This document shows, in pieces, positions 38,498-47,849 of a DNA stretch of 64,000 bases. The stretch is from assembly GCF_017355785.1 (NCBI RefSeq), contig NZ_JAFEWE010000002.1, positions 110,618-174,617 on the forward strand, given 5' to 3'. The position numbers and the translations under genes are program-made. The notes beneath the pieces were generated by a model, which was not told where the DNA came from, did no database searches, and was given only the letters and a program-made list of their open reading frames with translations. Source of the stretch: Desertivirga arenae (GTDB lineage Bacteria > Bacteroidota > Bacteroidia > Sphingobacteriales > Sphingobacteriaceae). Each line of letters starts with the position of its first letter. Position 1 is the first letter of the stretch.

Positions 38498-39322
38498 TTA
38501 TTTTTTAAGCTTCGCTATTCTGTCCATCTCTTTCAAAAGTAAAGGAAATGCTGGCTCGGCCATTCCGCCATGGTCATATCCCTGAAGTTCGAGCAAGCGA
38601 ACGTCTTTGTGCCCCACAAGCTTGAACATTCGATACAGGTAGGCATTCTCTTCATAACGGCCCAGCATCTCCAACTCCCGGTCGCCAGTAACCAATAAGG
38701 TAGGAGGAGCATCTGCCCGGACCAGATTTAAAGGGGCAAAATTATCTACAACCACTTTCGTATCAGCTAACCCTCTTTCCTTGCGGATAGTGAAATGAGT
38801 GATTGCTTGTGCACTTAAAGAGATAAGGCCTGCAATTTTATTAGCGTCGATACCATGCGGACCAAGCCAGGTTTTATCAAGAGTAACCATATCGACCAGA
38901 TAAGCACCAGCAGAATGACCTGAAAGAAAGATCAATGAAGGGTCTCCCCCATATTTCTGAATGTTTTTAAACGTCCATGCAACAGCGGCAGCGGCATCTT
39001 TAATATACTCGGGCGACTTTACATTCGGTGCAAGCCTATACCCTACCCCAACTACACAAATGCCCTTCTCTCTGAGTGATGCAGGTATTTCTTTTCTTCC
39101 GCCAGTTAACCCACCTCCATGAAACCAAACTACTGTTTTAAAGTTCTTTTGGTTCTTTGGATAGTAAATATCAAGGGCACAGCGCTCGTTAATGTACTTG
39201 TCAGATTGATTAAGCGAGTCAGAATAATAATGGATATTATTAATTTGAGTATACTCTGTTTTTTGACTGAACGCTACAAAACAAAGCATCAAAAACAATA
39301 AGGTAAGAAAGCTATTTCTCAT
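38498..39322 (-). CDS. Secreted alpha/beta-hydrolase (esterase/lipase type, candidate carbohydrate esterase).
   Basis: Signal peptide, HGGG oxyanion motif (VVWFHGGGLTGG) and nucleophile elbow GHSAG. Confidence 0.75.
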   Translation of the reverse strand: MRNSFLTLLFLMLCFVAFSQKTEYTQINNIHYYSDSLNQSDKYINERCALDIYYPKNQKNFKTVVWFHGGGLTGGRKEIPASLREKGICVVGVGYRLAPNVKSPEYIKDAAAAVAWTFKNIQKYGGDPSLIFLSGHSAGAYLVDMVTLDKTWLGPHGIDANKIAGLISLSAQAITHFTIRKERGLADTKVVVDNFAPLNLVRADAPPTLLVTGDRELEMLGRYEENAYLYRMFKLVGHKDVRLLELQGYDHGGMAEPAFPLLLKEMDRIAKLKK

Positions 39323-39430
39323 AAGATAGAATCAGGTAAACTAGTTGGTAGCTGATAATTTTCACAAGGTGCTAATTTATAATAAACTTCCCCTTTTAAC
39401 CATATAAAATTAAAAGGGGGAATTTATTGA

Positions 39431-40315
39431 TCAGACGTGAAGCTTGCCTTCGTTAAACCAGGTAGAGGCGGCCCCGATCACACTGGCCTTCTCTCCTAAA
39501 ATGGCACGCATTATCGGAACTTTTACTCCATTTAACAACACGGTTTCTTTTACTTTATCAAAGAAATATTTATTAGAGCTTTCCATGTGGCCTCCTATCA
39601 GCACAACCTCAGGTTTCTCTGTTTTAATTATCTCCAGCAGGAATGATGCAAGGTTATGAGCAAATTCATCAAATACCTGTTGAACGCGGGGATCAGGTGC
39701 ATAACGTTTCATCTCTACCAAATCAAGTACTTCAATACCTGATAAAGCTTTGAAGCGGTTTACAAGCCATTTTACTGAAAGGTAGTCCTCGGCAACACCG
39801 TCTGCAAAAGGCATCCTCCAAAGATTAGCATCTTCAAGAACACCATTATCATATCGCGCTGAGCCAAGCCCAACTCCTAGGGTTAAACCGAATGATTTTT
39901 TATATCCACGCACAGCACCACCAAATACCTCTCCATGAAAAAAGGAGGCCGCATCATTGATCAGTTTAATATTTTCCCTTGAAATACCGGTTTGTTCAGA
40001 AAGCAACTGCTTTATATTATGATTCTCCAGGTTTCCATACCTGTCTTTATCCAGGGTATGGTAAATACCTTCCTCATAGTCAACGGGGCCCGGGATGCCA
40101 ATGCCGACTTTGCCTGATGAAAAACCAGGAACGCTCATCACGTCTTTTAATACTCCAGACCAGGCTGCAATAATATCATCTTTACTTCCTGAGGGATTTA
40201 TTCTTTTTCGCCTCAAACTATCCTGAACAAGTTCTCTGGATTCGAGGTTGACCAGCCCCGCAGAAATGAATGAATCTTCAATACAGGCCCCAACGACTAC
40301 AGGTTTCTCCATCAT
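39431..40315 (-). CDS. ROK-family protein (putative sugar kinase, glucokinase-like).
   Basis: ROK/actin-fold ATPase pattern: 'VVVGA...GLVNL' N-terminal and 'GIGIPGPVD' phosphate motif. Confidence 0.65.
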   Translation of the reverse strand: MMEKPVVVGACIEDSFISAGLVNLESRELVQDSLRRKRINPSGSKDDIIAAWSGVLKDVMSVPGFSSGKVGIGIPGPVDYEEGIYHTLDKDRYGNLENHNIKQLLSEQTGISRENIKLINDAASFFHGEVFGGAVRGYKKSFGLTLGVGLGSARYDNGVLEDANLWRMPFADGVAEDYLSVKWLVNRFKALSGIEVLDLVEMKRYAPDPRVQQVFDEFAHNLASFLLEIIKTEKPEVVLIGGHMESSNKYFFDKVKETVLLNGVKVPIMRAILGEKASVIGAASTWFNEGKLHV

Positions 40316-40603
40316 GTACTCCTTTTTATGTTATAATATTAAATGGTTGTTAAAATCCTTCTTAATTCATCATTTTATCCAAAGTCTGTGGAAGCCTTTC
40401 GATACTCATCATAAAAATATATCCTAATGAATTAAAGATGACGTAAGATAAATCCTTTTTTTTAAACTAAAGGTTGAAATTTACTGTTTGCAGAAATTTT
40501 TCTTGAAAAATGCAGTTTTTTTGAAAAGAGTGCGGTATGAGAATGCACTCTTTTCTTTATAAGGATTATAAAATAACTGAATATACTGCTTAGAGTAAAA
40601 AAA

Positions 40604-42382
40604 CTAAGGTGTTTTAGTTAACTCAATCGATGAGAAGTTGAAGCCTCCTTTTTCGGCAGCAATTCGAAGGCGGTTTGTCCCTTTACCTAATTTGACCTTC
40701 TTCATTTCTATGAAGTCCCATTTTTCGGCGGCACCGGTTTTTGGAATAACCAGGTCTTTAGCCAGATAATTAGAGCCATTTAAAACAGATATTTTAGCAT
40801 TTTCATTGTCTGATGCAACCCTTAACTTAATCGAATAAGTTCCTTCATCGGCCACATCTACTGAATACTGTAGCCATTCAGCATCTTCTATGTCACTAAC
40901 GTAATAGCTTTCGTAGGCTGCAGCTGACTTACGGATATCGACTCCATCATTTCGATACACATTACCCTTGTTTCCGGCCGATCTGGCCCCAGTAGAGATA
41001 TGGTAGTTGGCAGTGTCCTTATCAGCATAAGCCAGGCCACTTCTGCCTAGATCATAATCTACAGCATTGATCTTCAAACTGCCATTCAATTTATTGGCCA
41101 TGTAAGGACGTGTATCAGCACTAAAAGGCTGACGGATCATCGCATCGATCACATCTTTATGCACTCTGTTTGTGCTAATATTTGTATAGCGGGCAAGTTC
41201 GATAAGACCACTATAAGCATTGCTTTCGCCCGGCTTATTTCCATTTCCACTCCAGTAACGCAACACCTGCTCATAATTAGGATTGGTCCGGATCTGCAGG
41301 GGGTTGTTGAATCCGAGTTTCTTTAAGGGCCACCATGACCAACCTATATTATTCTTTTCAAGAAGGTTAATTGCCTCCGTGAACCATACGTTCGAATTTT
41401 CTCCGGTCTCACCCAGCCAGGCAGGAATATTGTATTTATCCCTGAAATTTATAATATGCTGTATAGACTTCTGATCGTTAAGGTTCCAGTATTTATGGAA
41501 GCTAAGCACCATGTTCTTATCCCAGGGAGGGAGAATACCATTGTAATTATTTCCCCAGCCATTTCCCTCAATAATAATAATATGCCTCTTATCAACTTCG
41601 CGAATAGCCTTCGTTACATCTACCATCAATTTCCTTAGCGGCTCATTTTTCTGCTCTCCTGTACCATTCTTGTCCTTTTCGGGGTTCTCAAAACCCCAGT
41701 TCGGCTCGTTTATAATATCATAGGCACCGATCCATGGTTCGTTGGCATATCGCTCAGCCAGTTTCTTCCAGAGTGCTATCGTCTTTTTTTGATTGGCCTC
41801 ACTTTGCCATAAAGAAGGTTTAGCTGGATTCCTGTCAGAGATATTAAGGTCATTCCCCTGACCGCCCGGAGCGGCGTGAAGATCGAGGATCAAATACATT
41901 TGATTTGCTTTACACCATGCAAGCAGCGAATCCGTGAGGGCAAATCCTTTAGGTAACCATGTATTTTTACCAGCAACAGGCTCCTCCTCCACAGAAAGTG
42001 TATATAGATTATAATGCATCGGTAGGCGTATTGAATTGAAGCCCCAGGCCTTTAAAGAATCTATATCGGCTCGGGTAGTATGATTAGCTAACCAAATCTC
42101 GTAAAACTCCTCGGTCTGTTTTTTTCCGATCAGGGCTTCTATCCGCTCTCTTATCTTGTACTGTTGTCCGTCTGCATTCAAACCCAGCATATAGCCTTCC
42201 TGCAGCATCCATCCTCCTAGTCCCATTCCACGCAGAAGGATATTCTCACCTTTCTCATTTACGATCTGCTTTCCCTCAGCTCGCAGAAATCCCTGAGCTT
42301 TGGTAGAAACAGGCATTATAGTGTTTATTAAAAGCACAGCTCCGGTGAGAACTGAACTAAGCAACAAATTTTTCCTTTTCAT
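40604..42382 (-). CDS. Glycoside hydrolase family 5 (cellulase-superfamily beta-glycanase) with a C-terminal carbohydrate-binding module.
   Basis: Signal peptide and the GH5 'IINEPN' acid/base motif. The C-terminal ~130 aa form a beta-sandwich-like module ('KINAVDYDLGRSGLAY...'). Confidence 0.75.
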   Translation of the reverse strand: MKRKNLLLSSVLTGAVLLINTIMPVSTKAQGFLRAEGKQIVNEKGENILLRGMGLGGWMLQEGYMLGLNADGQQYKIRERIEALIGKKQTEEFYEIWLANHTTRADIDSLKAWGFNSIRLPMHYNLYTLSVEEEPVAGKNTWLPKGFALTDSLLAWCKANQMYLILDLHAAPGGQGNDLNISDRNPAKPSLWQSEANQKKTIALWKKLAERYANEPWIGAYDIINEPNWGFENPEKDKNGTGEQKNEPLRKLMVDVTKAIREVDKRHIIIIEGNGWGNNYNGILPPWDKNMVLSFHKYWNLNDQKSIQHIINFRDKYNIPAWLGETGENSNVWFTEAINLLEKNNIGWSWWPLKKLGFNNPLQIRTNPNYEQVLRYWSGNGNKPGESNAYSGLIELARYTNISTNRVHKDVIDAMIRQPFSADTRPYMANKLNGSLKINAVDYDLGRSGLAYADKDTANYHISTGARSAGNKGNVYRNDGVDIRKSAAAYESYYVSDIEDAEWLQYSVDVADEGTYSIKLRVASDNENAKISVLNGSNYLAKDLVIPKTGAAEKWDFIEMKKVKLGKGTNRLRIAAEKGGFNFSSIELTKTP

Positions 42383-42399
42383 TTATTAAGGTTTGATTT

Positions 42400-43797
42400 T
42401 TACCAGATATAAGTTCCTACGGCACCTGGATTTAAGCTCGTGATGGCACCTTTCCCGGAAGAAGCGATATTGAATTTCTTTGCCGTATTACTTGTATTCA
42501 AAACGATCAGAACAATCTTACCCTGAGGAGTTTTGAACGCTACATTAGGAAGATCATCTATTATATCAGAGGAAATGCGAACTGCCCCAGGCCTCACAAA
42601 CTTGGAAGCATGAGCAATGATATAGTAACCAGGGTTCCTGCTAACCGAATCTTTATCAATAGTAATTCCGCCTAAGCATCTGTCGCAGCCACCCCTATCG
42701 GTATGAGGATTATTTTGAGGATCAGCAGCAAGGTTCCATTCAATCACATTGCGGCTCCAATTCCTGGTAGCGCCTATGATGAGTTTTTCCACGTGCTCGT
42801 TAAGGTCCCTTTTAAAGTTTGCAGGCGAACCGATCCATTGTTCTGTAAAGTATAAGTTCTTGTCAGGATGAGCAGCATGAACGTCACTAAGGGCATCGAT
42901 CTTACCGCCATAAAGATGAAAAGCAGAGCCGTCAATGTACTGCCTTGCCTCAATATCATTCAGAATGCTGATAGGATAATCGGGACGGTCAGCGTTATGA
43001 TCATAAACAACGATCTTTGTATCGATTCCTGCAGATCGAAAGGCAGGACCAAGATGTTTCTTTACAAACAAAGCCTGGTCTGGAGCTACCATCAGTAAAC
43101 TTGGATTATTGCCCGGATGAAGAGGTTCATTTTGCACGGTGATCGCATCGATGCGAATACCTTCCTTCTTCATAGCCTGTATATACTTGACGAAATAACG
43201 GGCATAGGCCTCGTAGAACTCTGGTTTCAGCTGCCCTCCCCTGCTGTCACCGTTCGTTTTCATCCAGGAAGGAGGGCTCCATGGAGAGCCCATGATCTTT
43301 ATAGCAGGATTAATGGCAAGGATCTCTTTTAATACAGGCACTATGTCCTTCTTATCTGGCCCCAGATCGAACCTCTCCAACATTGGATCGGTTTGCCCAT
43401 TGGGAAGATCATTATAAGTAAACACCTTCTCATTAAGATCCGAAGCACCAATACTTACTCTCAGATAGCTGATACCTATGTTGTCAGCATCCTCGGCAAA
43501 TAGTTCTTTCAGCAAGGCGGACCTTGCATTGCTACCCATTCTTATTATGTGCTGTGCACTTCCTCCTGTTAACGCAAAACCAAAGCCATCAAGTTCCTGG
43601 TAACTTTGCGTATCATCTACTTTTATAAGAGGAAGCTTGTTATCAGCTTTTTTGAAGGATAATCCTTTGGACTGCTTTTGAAACAGGATGGAGTGATCTG
43701 AATCTGTGAGCCATACCTGAGCAGAAGGTTTCTTCTGAGCATATAGAACAGATAAAGAGAGCGTTAAACAAAAAATGCAGGCGGAAAATTTTCTCAT
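42400..43797 (-). CDS. Glycoside hydrolase family 30 (candidate beta-1,6-glucanase type).
   Basis: GH30 TIM-barrel plus beta-sandwich pattern, 'SPWSPPSWMK' and 'FTEQW' motifs. Paralog of 45370..46833. Confidence 0.75.
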   Translation of the reverse strand: MRKFSACIFCLTLSLSVLYAQKKPSAQVWLTDSDHSILFQKQSKGLSFKKADNKLPLIKVDDTQSYQELDGFGFALTGGSAQHIIRMGSNARSALLKELFAEDADNIGISYLRVSIGASDLNEKVFTYNDLPNGQTDPMLERFDLGPDKKDIVPVLKEILAINPAIKIMGSPWSPPSWMKTNGDSRGGQLKPEFYEAYARYFVKYIQAMKKEGIRIDAITVQNEPLHPGNNPSLLMVAPDQALFVKKHLGPAFRSAGIDTKIVVYDHNADRPDYPISILNDIEARQYIDGSAFHLYGGKIDALSDVHAAHPDKNLYFTEQWIGSPANFKRDLNEHVEKLIIGATRNWSRNVIEWNLAADPQNNPHTDRGGCDRCLGGITIDKDSVSRNPGYYIIAHASKFVRPGAVRISSDIIDDLPNVAFKTPQGKIVLIVLNTSNTAKKFNIASSGKGAITSLNPGAVGTYIW

Positions 43798-43887
43798 ATT
43801 CTGGAGTTTCAGGGACGCGTTTAAGAAGCCGGCTGTAAGAGACAGCCGGCGCCAACCAATCGACGAACCAATTTATATTAGAAGCTT

Positions 43888-45333
43888 TTACTTAATAATA
43901 ATCGTAGAGATTGAGTGAGGCATACTTGTAGTTTGCGCTGCTTTTCCATCTATCCATAAATTGTATGGGAGACTTTGATCAGTAGTGTTTAAAACGACCA
44001 CGGCTAAACTACCATCAGTATTGCGAAAGGCCGTTGTTGAAAGGAAATCCCTGCTGGCAGAACTTGCAATACGCTTAGCTCCGGGCTTGATGAATTTGGA
44101 AAAGTGCCCCAGATAATAATAGCTGTTAGTATAGATTAGCTTTCCCGCCTTAGTGTCAGCATGGATTGGGGCAAAACAAAAGTTCCCCACATGATTAGGA
44201 CCGCCCTTTTCGTCAAGAAGGATATTCCAATCTGTCCAGGCAACCGTACCACTGTTAAAATCATTTACCAAAGAGTTTCCGTACTTTTCGCCCAGCCACC
44301 ATTCGTTCACCTTATTGATGTCGAATTTTTCAATGCAGCCTTCTGTAAAAATCAGGTTTTTTGATGGGAAGGCCTGGTTCACCAGCTTTACATTTGCAAA
44401 GTTCATCCCGGCGCCTGTCCATGTTTCGTACCAATGATAGCCTATACCCCAAACATATTTAGCTGCTTCGGGATCATTGAGGATAGTGCTGGCACGTTGA
44501 TAAACCTGATCGCGATTATGATCCCAACCAATCAACTTTTTGTTTCCAAGTCCGTTTTTATGCAGTGTGGGGCCGAGGTGAGTTTTTATAAAATCCCTTT
44601 CCTCTTCTGCAGTAAAGATGCAGGACTCCCATTTTTGGGTTGCCATTGGCTCATTTTGTACAGATAATCCCCAAACCGGGATTCCCAATGCTTCGTAGCC
44701 CTTGATAAACTTCACATAGTAGTTTGACCAGGCCTGACGGAATTCCGGTTTTAGTTTGCCTCCTCTAAGCATATTGTTATTATCCTTCATCCAGGCTGGA
44801 GGGCTCCAGGGACTAACAAACATTGGAAGAGTGCCTCCTGCTGCCTGCATCGCTGCTTTTATAAAGGGTATTTTATATTTTTTATCGTGAGACAGATCAA
44901 ATGATTTTAATGCAGCGTCATTGTCAGCAACATAAGTATAGGTATCACTCGAAAAATCACAGCTGTTGATATTAGTGCGGGCGAAAGAGTACCCTATTCC
45001 TTTTTCTTTATCGTAGTAAGCCGTCAGGAATTCCTTTTGAATAGTTGCAGGGAGCTTCGCATAAGTTTCTGCTGATGCGTCTGTCAAGGCTCCCCCAATT
45101 CCGGTAATGGTTTGGAAAGAATGTGTTGGATCTACAAAAATAACCAGCTGCGTTTCCAGTGGCTGTTTCATCTCTGAGAATGTCAATGTTCCAGCATCTG
45201 AAATTCTAAGATCAGACTTGTTTGCAGTGGTATAAACCCTTGCTTGTGAAAAACTTGTTTTAGCTTTTTGGCCTTGCCCAAAAAGGCCGGAGACTGAAAC
45301 TGAAAGCAACAGTGATAAAAGTCCTTTATTCAT
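43888..45333 (-). CDS. Glycoside hydrolase family 30.
   Basis: 'SPWSPPAWMK' and 'NLIFTEGC' motifs. It is a distinct GH30 lineage from the other two. Confidence 0.75.
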   Translation of the reverse strand: MNKGLLSLLLSVSVSGLFGQGQKAKTSFSQARVYTTANKSDLRISDAGTLTFSEMKQPLETQLVIFVDPTHSFQTITGIGGALTDASAETYAKLPATIQKEFLTAYYDKEKGIGYSFARTNINSCDFSSDTYTYVADNDAALKSFDLSHDKKYKIPFIKAAMQAAGGTLPMFVSPWSPPAWMKDNNNMLRGGKLKPEFRQAWSNYYVKFIKGYEALGIPVWGLSVQNEPMATQKWESCIFTAEEERDFIKTHLGPTLHKNGLGNKKLIGWDHNRDQVYQRASTILNDPEAAKYVWGIGYHWYETWTGAGMNFANVKLVNQAFPSKNLIFTEGCIEKFDINKVNEWWLGEKYGNSLVNDFNSGTVAWTDWNILLDEKGGPNHVGNFCFAPIHADTKAGKLIYTNSYYYLGHFSKFIKPGAKRIASSASRDFLSTTAFRNTDGSLAVVVLNTTDQSLPYNLWIDGKAAQTTSMPHSISTIIIK

Positions 45334-45369
45334 TTAAGTATGTGTTTAGCGATGGAATTCATAAAATTA

Positions 45370-46833
45370 TTACCAGACAAATGTTCCAACCGCGCCACTA
45401 GCCAAAGTAGCCGTGGTTGTTTTGTTGTTAAATTTGATATTAAAGTTTTCAGTTGCCGAGGAGGTGTTCAGTACGATGAGTACTTTTTTACCACCAGGGT
45501 TTTTGAAGGCCACATTAGGTAAATTAGCAGCCATATTAGAAGCAATCCTGACTGAGCCGGGTCTCACAAATTTTGAAGCGTGCGCGATGATATAATAGGA
45601 TACATTACGACTTACAGAGGAGCCACTAACGGTTAAAGCACCGAGACAAGTACTGCAACCTCCGTTTGTGTAAGGACGATAACTTGGATCTGCAGCAAGG
45701 TTCCATTCCAGAACATTTCGGCTCCAGTTGCGGGAGGCTCCAATGATCAGGTTCTCTACATGCCATTTTAAATCGCCGGAAAAACTACCTGGACCACCAA
45801 CCCATTGCTCCGTGAAGTAAATATTTTTATCCGGATGAGCGTTATGAACAGTACTTAGAGCATTTATGCTTCCTCCGTAAAGATGAAAAGCGGATCCATC
45901 CACAAAACTTTTTGCCTGAGCATCATTTAAGATTGCAATAGGATAATCAGGCCTATCGGCATTATGATCGTAAACAATGATCTTTGTACCAAGACTAGCA
46001 TTTCTGAAAGCCGGCCCGAGATGATCACGAATAAATGCTGCCTGTTCTGTTGCCTGCATTACCATGCTTGGATTATTTCCCCCGTGCAAAGGCTCATTTT
46101 GAGGTGTTATAGCATCTATCGTAATACCTTCAGCCTTCATAGCCTGAATATATTTTACAAAGTAATTTGCGTAGACACTATAGTACTCCGGCTTCAGACT
46201 ACCACCAACAAAGTTGTTATTTGTCTTCATCCAAAGAGGAGCCGTCCAGGGCGAACCCAGGATCTTAATATTCGGTGCGATCGACAGGATCTTTTTCAGT
46301 ACCGGGATCATGTCTGCCCTCTCCCTGTCAATGCTGAATTGCGAGAGGTTGGGATCTACCTGTCCATTTGCTATATCATCATATGTAAAAGGAGAATCAC
46401 TCAGATCGGAAGCGCCAATACTGATGCGCAAATAACTCACACCGATATGAGTACTGTCTGGCTTAAATAATTCTTCGAGCAATACATCTCTTGTTGCCAC
46501 AGGCAAACTATTGATCAACATCGCACTTCCGCCCGTCAAGGTGTACCCAAAGCCATCAATCGTTTGAAAAGTTTGGGTTGTATCTACTTCTATAGTTGTA
46601 TACTGGCTGTTAGGCGCAGAAAACAGGAGGCTTACGTTTTGCTTTTTAAAAAGCGATGTTCTGTCGGGATTGGTAAGCCAAAAGCTTACGTCAGTTGTAA
46701 CCGGCTTTTCTTCTGTTACCGGCGGCTTTACCTCCTGCCCGGCGGCGTCCTTCTTTTTGCAGCTTGCAATAGTAAGTAGAAGCAGGAACGGCAAAAGCTT
46801 GAGTCCTGACGTTTTCAATACAGTATTCTTCAT
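45370..46833 (-). CDS. Glycoside hydrolase family 30, a lipoprotein. Paralog of 42400..43797.
   Basis: Lipobox 'LTIASC'. It aligns along its length with the 42400 protein (ASDLSDSPFTYDDIANGQVDP.. versus ASDLNEKVFTYNDLPNGQTDP..). Confidence 0.75.
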   Translation of the reverse strand: MKNTVLKTSGLKLLPFLLLLTIASCKKKDAAGQEVKPPVTEEKPVTTDVSFWLTNPDRTSLFKKQNVSLLFSAPNSQYTTIEVDTTQTFQTIDGFGYTLTGGSAMLINSLPVATRDVLLEELFKPDSTHIGVSYLRISIGASDLSDSPFTYDDIANGQVDPNLSQFSIDRERADMIPVLKKILSIAPNIKILGSPWTAPLWMKTNNNFVGGSLKPEYYSVYANYFVKYIQAMKAEGITIDAITPQNEPLHGGNNPSMVMQATEQAAFIRDHLGPAFRNASLGTKIIVYDHNADRPDYPIAILNDAQAKSFVDGSAFHLYGGSINALSTVHNAHPDKNIYFTEQWVGGPGSFSGDLKWHVENLIIGASRNWSRNVLEWNLAADPSYRPYTNGGCSTCLGALTVSGSSVSRNVSYYIIAHASKFVRPGSVRIASNMAANLPNVAFKNPGGKKVLIVLNTSSATENFNIKFNNKTTTATLASGAVGTFVW

Positions 46834-46908
46834 TTATATCCCTGTTATTATTGATCAATTCCTCAGTTTCATGTTTTTATTATCTTATCAACTGAGCGTT
46901 AAGGCTAT

Positions 46909-46944
46909 GATCAACAGGAAAGTCAACATACTTTCCTGTTGATC
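46909..46944 (-). promoter_or_regulatory. Perfect 14-bp stem / 8-nt loop hairpin between the SGBP-like gene and the first GH30 gene. It is an intra-operon RNA structure (attenuator / processing / stabiliser candidate).
   Basis: gatcaacaggaaag-tcaacata-ctttcctgttgatc, read directly. No strong U-tract follows on the transcribed (minus) strand. Confidence 0.5.
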
Positions 46945-46958
46945 TATTAGCCTGTTAT

Positions 46959-47828
46959 TTATTTAGTACCTCTTAACTCAACATTGTCAAGAGAGATTCC
47001 ATTTGGCCCCATAGAACTGCCGGAACCGGTTCTGATCACCAGGTAATAAGTTCCGGAGGAAGTGACTGTCACCACTCCATTCCTTCTATCACCAGTACAT
47101 CCTATTTTGGCTAACTGACCGTTGAAAGTGGAATTTCCACAACCATCCCAGGTACTTAATCCCATTATTTTACCACCTTCACTGTAATCTGCACCGTTAG
47201 CCGGCACTCCCTTACCAAGGTAGACCTCAAACCAGGTGTCTACAGCCCCGCCACCAGATACAGTCATATCTATCTGGTATTTCTTACCAGCCACTAGTTG
47301 TACAGGTTGAGATATAGCTACACCATCATAAGCAGAGCCGGTAAACACCGCTTTACCATTTGTAAACTGCACATTAGCATTTGTACCTCTTTTAGTTACG
47401 GTCCATTTGGTGGGATCATCCATTTTGGGATCAAGGATCAGGTTACCAGCTTCTGGGTCAGAGGTAGGAACATTCAATTGCTTTGATGTTGATTTTTGGG
47501 TCCCTCCCTTACCTACAGCAACCTCTGTAATAGTATAATTTCCTGCATCAGGGTAAAAAACTGTATCAACAGTTTTGCCTGCAGAAGCATCTGTAGCACC
47601 TTTACCCAAATTCCATTTTACACTGATGACACCATCTGTATGTGCTTTTAGCACGTAATAATTTGCTTTATTAGCTACTGGTGTTACGGTAAAATCTGCT
47701 ACCAGATCAGGTGAATCCAAGCCGTTTCCATCTCCAGCTTCGTCTGGGGTACAGGCAGAATAAATCGCTATAGTTGAAGCCACTGCAAGTGCAGTCAATG
47801 CTTTCGTTAAATTAAATCTTAGTTTCAT
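46959..47828 (-). CDS. Surface glycan-binding lipoprotein candidate (SusE/F-position protein, Ig/PKD-like plus carbohydrate-binding-like domains).
   Basis: Lipobox 'AIYSAC' and a beta-rich Gly/Thr-rich sequence. It lies immediately downstream of susD, as is typical for PUL SGBPs. Confidence 0.55.
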   Translation of the reverse strand: MKLRFNLTKALTALAVASTIAIYSACTPDEAGDGNGLDSPDLVADFTVTPVANKANYYVLKAHTDGVISVKWNLGKGATDASAGKTVDTVFYPDAGNYTITEVAVGKGGTQKSTSKQLNVPTSDPEAGNLILDPKMDDPTKWTVTKRGTNANVQFTNGKAVFTGSAYDGVAISQPVQLVAGKKYQIDMTVSGGGAVDTWFEVYLGKGVPANGADYSEGGKIMGLSTWDGCGNSTFNGQLAKIGCTGDRRNGVVTVTSSGTYYLVIRTGSGSSMGPNGISLDNVELRGTK

Positions 47829-47849
47829 ACTTAAAGGAGATTAAGGTTA

